Shown one piece after another: positions 52,291 to 64,000 of a stretch of 64,000 nt of DNA. The position numbers were made by a program, and so were the translations under genes. The notes under the pieces are model-generated. The model did not search any database, was not told the origin of the DNA, and was given only the letters and a program-made list of their open reading frames with translations. This stretch comes from the human T2T-CHM13v2.0 reference genome, Homo sapiens, in NCBI RefSeq assembly GCF_009914755.1, contig NC_060934.1; one strand, 5' to 3'. The stretch's first letter is position 1. Every line of letters begins with the position of its first letter.

Positions 52291-55200
52291 GTTTTTCTTC
52301 CTAACCTCCAGCCACTCCCCATTCTACCTCTGCCCATACATACCTTTTTCTCACATCATGGGTTCAGACCATGGGGCTAATTATGCTTTCTGGCATATTT
52401 TTCTTTTGGTCACTTCTCAAGCCGTTAAATGAGTTAGATCCGCTGAGTAGGTGCTGGGCCTACCTCTGAATTCCTAAGTTGCTGTTGGTTTTAACTGGGG
52501 CTGGCTCATGAGTTCTCCACCTTATATTCTCCAATGATGGTGTCTTCCATAAAGTGTAGCTGCTACTGAGATTTGCAACCTCAATCCTAAGGTTTGAGAT
52601 TGATTCTGCCCTCCAGTACAGACTGTAGAGAGACTGGTATGCAGATTTGTCCATTCCATACCCTATTGGGCTTAACCTTGCCTTTGATGAGAAATGCATA
52701 TACCATGCTCCTTTGAAGCCCCAACCAGATCTCAAACTCTCATAGTTGAACCAGCATCAAGAAGACAAAGTCTAAAACTTTCCTGGCCTGGCCTTTTGCT
52801 GTTAAATTCGTTATTGTTATCCAATGTCTTAGTTGTAATTTTGCTTTTTTTCACTTATAAAAACAGTTGAACCATTTTACTAAAAATGTTGGGAATTAGA
52901 AATGGGAGAAAACAATTACTGATAATCCTATCACCTTTTGTTTACAATTCTATGTCTGTTCTTATGATGATTTCTGTAAATGATTCTGTAAATAACTGGG
53001 AGTGACGCTGTCCCAGTTGTGCACAGGGCTTTTGCTTTGCGTGCATCTCATCTTCTTAGTGAGGACTTAACATCTTCTGAGGCTTCCCTGCTACCTGCTT
53101 AACGCTGTTGTCTGAATTCAGCTTGCCCACTGTTGCTAGGGTTTCTAGATTCTGAAAACAGCACATTTGCTTGGGAAGATAGCTCTTACCCACTGCCATG
53201 TTACATTAACGATATTCCCATTTTTCCTCCTTGACGTCTCACAGCAGTGAAGAGTGGTTTAGGTAGTATATGTATGAACTGTGCTGTTTGCCTACTTCTC
53301 AGATCACAGCTTTACTATCACAAATGGTGGTAGCTGTCCTGAGGGGTTGTGTTCTTCCAGTTGTTGCTTTTATTGTTATTTTCCCCTTAGAACAGTCAAG
53401 ATTTGGTGATCAGTGTCACCTGGAATAAATACCACACGCCTCCTCCTTTCTCTCTTTCTTGGGTGCGTGGTACAGAAGACTGAGATTGGCTTACAGAGTG
53501 CCCCAGGGTCCTTGTACTCGAGGGACACAGAAGGTTCACAGGCATAAGCACAAATGCCTAGAGCTCCTTTTCAGGTAATTGCCTGAAACAAATGGGCTAC
53601 CATTTAGGGCTTCTGTCACACAGGAAGTCAGATAACTTAATACTACTGTATGTTTGCAGCAGGACTAGATCTAGAGATCTAGAGAAGGAGTGGCCCACTG
53701 TCCTTTCCTAGCACTGGGTTGTGGGTAAGCAGACACACTTAGTTCCCATCCAGCGTTGATCGCTGTCCTCTCTTCTTTGGAAGGCCAGACGTTAATCTGC
53801 TCCGTAGATTGTCATCGTTGGGACACAGTTCTGGGCATGAGGCTTGTAGTAACAAGCAACATAAACCTGGTCCTGGTCCTCATTGGGCTGAAGGGTCCTT
53901 GAGCTAGAAGACATTGTGGGGAGGTGGGCCTGATACAGTTTCACAGCCTTAGGTTATCACCTGGTGCCTCTTTGTCTCCTCTTCTGCAGTCCATGGCTTG
54001 AGGCCTAGTGGAGGGCTCTTGGCAAGCAGGAGTCCTGAGGCTCAGAAATGATGTGACCAGGCCTGAGTTTGAGGCTGAGACAGTTGTCCATTTGTCAGCG
54101 AGATCATAGCTTCACAGCAGCTTCTCAGAGAGGTATGGTTCACTGGACTCCAGGCCCCTAGCATGTTAGTAAAAGATAGTGGCCCTCACAGATCCCTTTC
54201 CTTCCTACTCCTATGTTACTCAGTCTCTTGGAGTCCCTGGTCATAGAATCAGCTTAGCCACAGGAAGGCCAATCAAAGAGATGTCTTGTTTTTCTAGTAC
54301 TAACCCTCATGTGATACCTGGGGCCTCTTGGAGCCCTGCCTCCGACCACCAGTTTCTCTTACTCTGACCTCAGGCCTTTCAACATGATGTCAGGCTGCCC
54401 ACGGCCATGGCTGTAGGGAAGAGTAACTGCTAGAGAATGGGACTTGGCCCAGGCTACCAGTCCCAGGGGGGTCGAGCTGGCTGGCTGTGCTTTTGGCCTG
54501 TGATGGATTTGACTCTTCAAGGCTTCTGACAAAGCTTGGTTGGTTAGAGGAAAAATGTAGTGAAAACCTACAGGCAACACCATGGCTTGCCCTAACCCTC
54601 TCGTCTTCCTGTTCTAGCTTTTCCCATATATCAGGTTGCAGACATGCTGAATTCCCACCCTCCTGGAGCCAAGCTGCCAATTTCTCATTCCTGTAACCAG
54701 TGGTTTTGTGTAGATAAAAGGCCCAGAAGGAAGATGGTCGCTGAGCAGGGAGCCTTCGGAGTTAGACCTTCTTTAGCCAGGGCCAGTGGACACTCATCTC
54801 ATGAATCATGCTCAGAACCATCCAGTGGCTTCATGTCTCACTTGAGTAAAGGCCAAAGGCCATCACCTTTAAGGTCCTTTGTACTCTACTTCAATCGGCC
54901 TTCTCTCTGACTGCTCTGCTCTTCCTATTCTGCCCCCCTTGCTTTTCCTCTGAAGTGCCAGGCATTCTTCTACCTCAGGGCCTTTGCACTTACTCTCCCT
55001 ATGCCTGCAAAGTTCTGCCTGCAGATAGCTTCATACCTTACCTCACTTCCTTAGACCCTTTCGCAAATAACTTCTCTCAGTTAGGCCTTCCCTGACCTCC
55101 TTATTTAAAAAGGAAATCCTGAACCCTCCTCCCACAAAGCAGTATCCCCCTTTCCTGCCTAATTCTTCTTTTTAAAAAGTTATATATATTTGTATAGTCA

Positions 55201-55355
55201 GGGTCTCACTATGTTACCCAGGCTGGTCTCGGACTCCTGGACTCAAGCGATCCTTCTGTCTTGCGTCCTAAAGTGCTGAGATTACAGACATGAGCCACCG
55301 CACCCAGCCTAATTTTTCTTTTTCTTTTCTTTTTTTTTTTTTTTTTTTGAGATGA

Positions 55356-55562
<207 letters not shown>

Positions 55563-56071
55563 TGATCTGCCTGCCTCAGCCTCCCAAAGTTCTGGGATTA
55601 CAGGCGTGAGCCACCGTGCCCAGCCTATTTCTTCTTTAAAACACTTATCACTTCTGCGATGTCTATTATGCTTTAAGAAATTTTTTTTTAAATTACCATC
55701 TAGCTTATTTTACTTACTTACTTATTTGTCTTGTTTATTGTCTGTCCCCCCTCCTTCCCACTAGAACATAAGCTCCCTGAAGATAAGGATGGAAATGTGC
55801 TTTATCCATTAATGTTTCTCCAGTACATCAGTAAATATTTGTTGAACAAATGAATAAAATGGAGGAAGCTCTTGCTTTGGGGTTTTTCCGACTGTTGGAA
55901 AAATATTCTCACCACTGGAGACGGAGAATTCTCCTGGCCCAGCACCAAGCCCGAGCTTTTAGCTCATTCAAGAGCACTTCTTCAGTTTGGACCCTTATTC
56001 CCATAGGAGAGGAGACATTCCAAGGGCATTTTCATAGGAGTCAGAACCCTTCTGTGGGAGGAGGTATGTGA

Positions 56072-56278
<207 letters not shown>

Positions 56279-56993
56279 TAATTTTTGTATTTTTAGTAGA
56301 GATGGGGTTTTGCCATGTTGGCCAGGCTGGCCTCAAACTCCCGGCCTTAAGTGATCTGCCCACATCAGCCTCCCAAAGTGCTGAGATTATAAGCATGAGC
56401 CACCGTATCTGGCCTGAACCTTGCTTTATGAGGTGAGGGAGTACCTCCATCCCAGCAACTGGCACAGTGCTTAGTATGTGTCAAGCACTTAATTTATTTT
56501 CTTTTTTTGTTTGGTTTGAGATGGACCCTTGCTCTGTCGCCCAGGCTGGAGTGTAGTGGTGCGATCTTGCGATCTCAGTTCACTGCAACCTCTGCCTCCT
56601 AGGTTCCAGCGATTCTCCTGCCTCAGTCTCCTGAGTAGCTGGGATTACAGGCACGCAGTACCATGCCCAACTAGTTTCTTGTATTTTTAGTAAAGATGGG
56701 GTTTTGCCATGTTGGCCAGGCTGGTCTTGAACTCCTGACCTCAGGTGATCCACCTGCCTCGGTGTCCCAAAGTGCTAGGATTACATGCATGAGCCACTGC
56801 ACCTGGCCTATTTTCATAAATTTTTAGAGCACATTACCTAATTATCCAGTGCTTTCTTAGTGCTGAGGATACCATGGAAAGCAAAGCAGGCAAGGTTTCT
56901 GCTCTCATGAATCTTATATTCTTATTGGAGAAACATGAAAAATTTTATATAGTTTTAGATAGTACAAGTGCTGTGTTGAAAATAAAGCAGGGC

Positions 56994-57259
56994 CCCAGCT
57001 ACTCAGGAGGCTGAGGTGGGAGGATCACTTGAGCTCAGGAGTTCTGGGCTATTATGCACTATGCCAGTCAGGTGTCCACACTAAGTTCAGCATCAATATG
57101 GTGACCTCCCAGGAGCATGGGACCACCAGGTTGCCTAAGGAGGGGTGACCTGGCCCAGTAGGTCAAAACTCCTGTGCTGATCAGTAGTGGGATTGTGCCT
57201 GTGAATAGCCACTGCACGCCAGCCTGGGCAACATGGGGAGACCCTGTCTCTTAAAAAAA
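56994..57259 (+). pseudogene. 7SL (SRP RNA) processed pseudogene, 5'-truncated, with an internal deletion (possibly RN7SL21P, unverified)
   Basis: Contains S-domain sequence absent from Alu (ctaagttcagcatcaatatggtgacctccc...ccaccaggttgcctaaggagggg...gtgctgatcagtagtggga); A tail; TSD tgaaa(a/g)taaagcagggc. Confidence 0.92.
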
Positions 57260-57302
57260 TGAAAGTAAAGCAGGGCGCCAAGTGTGGTGACTCATGCCTC
57301 TA

Positions 57303-57530
<228 letters not shown>

Positions 57531-57711
57531 CTAGGTGACAGAGTGAGACCCTGTCTTAAAAAAATAAATAAAATTAAAAAAGCAGGGATGGTACTCTGGA
57601 GCTTACATGGGTAGAAGTAGTGGTTGAGGTGGGTGGGGAGGATGCTGTTAGCAGTAATCAGTGATGGCTTCCTTGAAGATTTGAACTGAGACCTCAAAGA
57701 CCGGTGGCAGC

Positions 57712-57803
57712 CAGGGCTGTCACATTGTACAACTCTAGGGCCACCGTTCACATTATTCTGTGCAATTGCTGCCCCCTGGAGTTGTACAATGCTGGGAGTC
57801 CTG
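57712..57803. mobile_element. Palindromic MITE, MER91-like (hAT-Tip100)
   Basis: Ends cagggc...gtcctg; 18-nt inverted arms 57723-57740 and 57774-57791 (17/18 complementary). Confidence 0.7.
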
Positions 57804-57986
57804 ATGAAGGTCCTAGGCAGTGAAACAGCTAGTATAAAGGCCCTGAGGGCAGCACGGACCTCGAAGTGTTTAAGGAAAAGAAAGAAGGCCAGTGCATCTG
57901 AGGCTTGGTAAGAGAGAACAGTGGAACAAGATGAGGTTGCAGAGTTTGAAGACAATGTAAAGAATGTGACATTCAATAAATTATAA

Positions 57987-58187
<201 letters not shown>

Positions 58188-58214
58188 TAGTAGAGACAGG
58201 GTTTCACCGTGTTA

Positions 58215-58319
<105 letters not shown>

Positions 58320-58503
58320 TTATTTGTTGACTGATGAGGAAAGAAAAAGGATGATATGATGGAGGCTGGAGTGGGGTTTTAGGAAGCATTCCAGTGTGGG
58401 ACCTCAGCTTTAGTATGAAGACAGGAGAACTGAGTTGAGTGACGGTTTTATTTCCCCAAAAAGGAAATAGTAGCAAAAGTGGCTCAAAGGAAATACCATT
58501 AAG

Positions 58504-58531
58504 ATATATATATATATATATATATGTATAT
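58504..58531. repeat. (TA)n microsatellite
   Basis: Direct reading. Confidence 0.9.
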
Positions 58532-60506
58532 TTATAGTACATCATGACATTCAAAGCCATGAAGATATTTGAATCTACTTTGATAGTGACTAAGAGGGAG
58601 GCACATTGCTTTTTAATACCATCTTATCTTGTTGAATGTCTCGGCTTGATTATCTCTTTGGGTGGCAGTGGGAATATTATTACCATTTAGCATTGCTCAG
58701 CCATGACATGATGTATTCATGTACAGAACACACAAAAAGTACAGTCCTTGCCCTTGGGGAACTGAAATGCCAAAAAGATTTGTTTCTTCCCATTGCCCTG
58801 TTTAGGTTTCTTGATCTTCTGGGATGGCTGGCTTCCCAGAGTTCTGGAGGAGAGTGGGTGGACAAAAGGCCCTTGGGTAGATGCCTTGCCTCTTGGGTCA
58901 GTAAGAAGTCCCCAAGCTGCATACTTAGGCACAGAGGGCACCTCGCTTCCCAAATCAGACTGTGATCTTGTCGCCATTGGCCTAGCCTGTCTTTTTTTAT
59001 TTTTAAGAAGACCTTTGTAAAGGTGTTGCTTTAAGCCAAAGCCAAGAGTGGGAGCTACCATATTGATGCCAAGAAACCCAAGCACTGGGCTTCTTCCTTG
59101 GCCCAGAATTCCTGTAGCGCTCCAGGCTGGCTTAGGAGTCCCCTGGGGGCTGGCTGACCTTTGAGTTTGGGGGTGGTTGGGAGTAGATGGAAGAAGGTGC
59201 AACAGATGTCCAGCAGGGGATGGTTGAATGTGAGCTTTTACCACCCTGCAAGAAAGGGTCTGGTGCCCTTGGCTTAGAATTTCTAAAATTCAGTATCTTG
59301 GCTGGTACAATGGCTCACACCTGTAATCCTAACACTTTGGGAGGCCGAGGTAGGAGAACTGCTTGAGCCCAGGAGTTCAAGACCAGCCTGGGCAACATAG
59401 TGAGGCCTCATTTCTACAAATAATAAAAAAAATTAGCCAGGCATGGTGGCATGTGTCTGTAGTCTCAGCTACTCAGTGGCTGAGGTGGGAGGATTACTTG
59501 AGCCCAGGAGATCAAGGCTGTAGTGAGCTGTGATCACGGCACTACACTCTAGCTTGGGCAACAGAGTGAGACCCTGTCTCAAAAAATAAATAAAAATAAA
59601 ATTCAGTGTCTTATTCCAGGAAACCCTTTGCTCACTGAAAGCCCAGGACAGAGTTAAGCTGCCTGAAGTGTTGGGAGCCGGAAGAGTTTATTTGACTGGA
59701 TTCTCAGCCGAATCAGTGCTGGGAGCCACTGTTTTTGAACTTGAGGAATGCTGTGGGAACATGGTCTTTGGCTCCCAGCAAAATGTCTCAGGAACCATCT
59801 ACTTGAGTGGGGCAAATGCATTCCATGAATCTGGTTGGTTGGGGTATAGCGCAAAGAAAGCTTCTATAACCCAGAGTTGCAACTCAAAGGTGGCTGCTGC
59901 ACTGTAGCCTTATTGGACTCCCAGGTCAGAGTATGAGAGTGCAGTCTTCGCTGATGTGGCTTTTTTCCTTTCTTTTTTTTTTTTTTTTTTAAGATTATAT
60001 AAAATTGATTAAATATAACTGGAGATTTATGGGTTTTTTTTCTATTATTTTGTTTTTATAACTGGAGGCTTAAAAGCTTAGCTATATCAGAATATTATCA
60101 TATAAACATATTTCAAAAGTTATTTTTACAAAGTTTTGCTACATACAGTAGTATTTGTGTTGTCACCCAACACCATTTTCAAATGTCTAATAAAGTATCA
60201 GTAATTTTGAATTATAAATAAAAAATAATCTCTGCAGTTGTTTATTTAGTAGTTGTTGACTGAATTCTGTTGTAATGGCTGTGACTCAAAGCATCTCACA
60301 AAGGAAATCTCAGGTCTGGTTAGAAGGTTCTGGGAGGGACCCAAGGTCAGGAAATTGGGTGAAGCTGAAAGCAGCTTTTGAAGGACTGGGCTGATTAAGA
60401 TCCAGAGCCCAGAAGTTAGGGAAGCTGGAGGCATCTGCTGATATTTTAAAGGATAAATGATGAGCAGAGTTTGCTTTGAGTGAGTACTAAGAAAAGGAAA
60501 GTTGCA

Positions 60507-61119
<613 letters not shown>

Positions 61120-61459
61120 TTAACTTGCCCACCAGTCAGCTAGAGAAAGGTGGAGCTGGGGTTTGATGGGCTCAGTTGCTTCCACAGCGTGTATTCTCGT
61201 CCACTTTGCTGGGCTCCTCTCTGGCATCTTATTGGGATGCTGGAGTAATATGTTAATAATTTCATGCAGTTTCCACCTAAGTCCACCCAGAGACCTCCAA
61301 AGGGTCCAAAGATCGTGAGACTAAGAATGTCTGACACCTGCCTTCCTCACTTCCCAACTTCCCTGTCTCTAAGCCAGGCTCAACACTCTGCCTAAGTCCT
61401 TCAGCCCATAACCTTGGGCTGGCATTTAGTTTCTCTTTACCTTTGTCCACTATTTTAAA

Positions 61460-63272
61460 TCTTTTTTTTTTTTTTTTTTAATGGAGACAGGGACTCACTC
61501 TGTTGCCCAGCCTGAGTGCAGTGGCACAGTCATAGCTCACTACAGCCTCAAACTCCTGGGCTCAAGTGGTCCTCATGCCTCAGCCTCTTGAGTAGATAGG
61601 ACTTCAAGTTTGTGCCACCATGCTTGGTTAATTTTTAAATTTTTTATAGAGATGGGGTCTCACTATGTTGCCCAGACTGGTCTTGAACTCCTGGGCTAAA
61701 GCAATCCTACTGCCTCGGCCTCCCAAAGTACTGGGATTACAGGTGTGAGCCACCATGTCTGGCCTTCTGTGACTCTTAATCCCAAGGAAATAACCCAAAT
61801 ATGGGAAGGAAACGAGGTAATATGCACAAAAATATTTTCCAAGGCATAGCTTTGGAAGCAACCTTATGTCCAACAAGAAAGCAGTGGTCAAATAGAGGAC
61901 TATATATGGTTTTCCTGGTTTTGTAATAAATGATAATAGTAATTATCAAGAAAATTGTAGTTTCTTGGCTGTGCATGGTGGTTCACACCTGTAGTCCCAG
62001 CGCTTTGGGAGGCTGAGTCAGGAGGATTGCTTGAGCCCAGAAGTTTGAGACCAGTCCAGGCAACATAGCAATACCCCATAACCCATTTCTACCAAAAAAA
62101 AAAAAAAAAAAAATGTAATCAGGTGTAGTGGTGCACACATGTAGTCCCAGCTACTCAGGAGACTGAGGCAGGAGGATCACTTGAGCCTGGAAGGCTGAGG
62201 CAGCAGTGAGTCACGATCATGCCACTGCACTCCAGCCTGGGCAACAGAGTGAGACTTTATCTCTAAAAGAATAAAAAATAAAAATAGTAATTTCTTAATT
62301 GTGTAAACTGACAGATCAAAAATTGGAGAGCCTTGGAGTCTTAACCAAGGGGCCAGGCACCCCCAGAGTCAACATCAGAAGCTCAAAATTGCAGGACTGG
62401 TTCAGCCTCATTACTCCCATCGCCCAGCCTTTGTAGTCCCAACTGGCTTTGCTGGACAGGTCACCTTTCTTGTTGAGCTGATGCCCATTCCTTTGTTCGG
62501 CTGCTTTCACTGAGCACTCCTGTGCCAGTCAGTGGGGTGTACAAAGGGGTAAATCCTGTCCTGATGGGAGAGATAGGCAGCTGCAATACAGCAAGGAGAG
62601 TCCTGTGATGGAGGTTTGCACAGGGGTAAGGAAGAAGTGATGAGAGCCCTCTCTTGGTCAGGGTCCCAATAAGGGATTGGTGCCTTCAAAGTAAGATATT
62701 GGAGGAAGGTATATTTATAAAGGAATAGCATAGGGGATAGTGATGTAACCCAGGGCTAGTGGTTGGCCTGGCTGTCACTCTCCTAAGGCTGAAGGGACCA
62801 GAAGAGGGAGTGGGATCCAAGAACCTAGAGGAGAAAGTTGTGTTGAGTGTTCTTGAGAGTGACTGTTAGCAGTGACCTTCAATCAAGGGGCATAGCACCT
62901 CGGGCAATCCCAAAGGGAGGGAACTCTAGCCTCACTCTCCTCCCTTCTGCTGATTTCCTGTGAGAACTTTTTTTTTTTTTGAGATAGAGTCTTGCTCTGT
63001 TGCCCAGGCTGGAGTGCAGTGGCATAGTGGCATGATCTTGGCTCACTGCAGCCTCTGCCTCCCGAGTTCAAGCAATTCTCCTGCCTCGGCCTCCTGAGTA
63101 GCTGGGATTACAGGTGCATGCTACTATGCTCAGCTATTTTATTATTATTATTTTTGGTAGAAACAGGGTTTCACCATGCTGGCCAGGCTGGTCTGGAACT
63201 CCTGACCCTCTAGTGATTCTCCCATCTCTGCCACCCAAAGTGCTGGGATTGCAGGCGTGAGCCACCATGCTC
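61460..63272. mobile_element. Alus: - 61460-61764, + AluJ-like 61967-62285, - 62968-63272
   Basis: Alu consensus. Confidence 0.88.
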
Positions 63273-63359
63273 CTGTTAGAACTTTCACTGGCTTAACCCA
63301 ATTAGATGCCAGAGGGCCCAGGAGCCCCACACAGGCCAGCCCTCTAGGGCAGGGAGCAG

Positions 63360-63605
63360 GGTGGACATACTGGTTTTCTGTTGCTGCAAATCAGCAGCTT
63401 ACAACACACATTTGTTCTCTCACATCTCCTTTGCACCAGGAGTCCAGGAATAGCTCATCTGAGTGCTATGCTTAGGTCCTCCTAAGGCTGTGGTCAGAGT
63501 GTCAGGCGGGCTGCATCCTCATCTGGGGCTCCAGTGGGGAAGGATCTGCTTCCCAGCTCCCTCAGGTTTGTGTTGGCAGAATTCCTTTCCTTGGAGCTGT
63601 CAGGG
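63360..63605. mobile_element. MLT1-type MaLR LTR fragment; L2-like sequence follows to the window end
   Basis: cttacaacacacattt...caggagtcc...aaggatctgcttcccagctccctca...gttggcagaattc resembles MLT1 consensus. Confidence 0.65.
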
Positions 63606-64000
63606 ATCTGTCTTGCACAGTGGGGAATGGAAGGGCAAACAGAAGATACTCAGAGAAGGTGACACCTGAGCCTTCCTGAAGATGAGCAGAGGGCAAAGAA
63701 GAGAACACCTGCGCAGAGTTTCGGAGGCAAGGGAGTCATCAGTGTGTCCACAGATCTGCCAGTCCATTCATTTGGCCTAGAGTATAAGGCAGAGGAGGTA
63801 TAGGACCTGTTTCACGGTGGCCTAGTGAGACTTACTGAGAAGTCTGGACTTTGTTCTGCAGATTGGGGATAGGGATGGGCTTTGGAGGATTTTTAAGCAG
63901 GAGAAAGGTGTATCGTTTCCATTTTGGGAACAACACTGAACAGCAGGAGGCAGGAGATCAGTGAGGAAGAGGTTGTTGGCCACCCAAGTGAAGGATGCAG

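Overview
Primate, almost certainly human, genomic DNA matching the MFSD13A(TMEM180)-ACTR1A-SUFU locus (10q24.32 by recall). Three genes were reconstructed by hand from GT-AG junctions. MFSD13A (+) has 8 coding exons at 15-6961 (1554 nt, 517 aa, MFS/GPH-type transporter). ACTR1A (-) has 11 exons at 33634-11842 (1131 nt, 376 aa, dynactin Arp1/alpha-centractin); its 3' end converges on MFSD13A. SUFU (+) contributes exons 1-2 (35140-35321, 40156-40290), head-to-head with ACTR1A, and the window ends inside SUFU intron 2. The rest is very Alu-dense, with L1, L2, MIR, MER and MLT relics and a 7SL processed pseudogene. Nearly all entries in the supplied ORF track are Alu-derived or chance ORFs. I see no new multi-gene system. 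The best unexplained signals are: (i) a 70-nt hairpin present as two direct copies flanking ACTR1A exon 5, with changes concentrated in the loop; (ii) a 78-nt segment copied from one Alu into another 1.6 kb away; (iii) a candidate alternative SUFU first exon inside a ZNF143 motif cluster, in frame with exon 2; (iv) a miR-652-like MER91 hairpin in SUFU intron 2. Exon boundaries were counted to the base. Repeat boundaries and subfamilies are approximate, by-eye calls.
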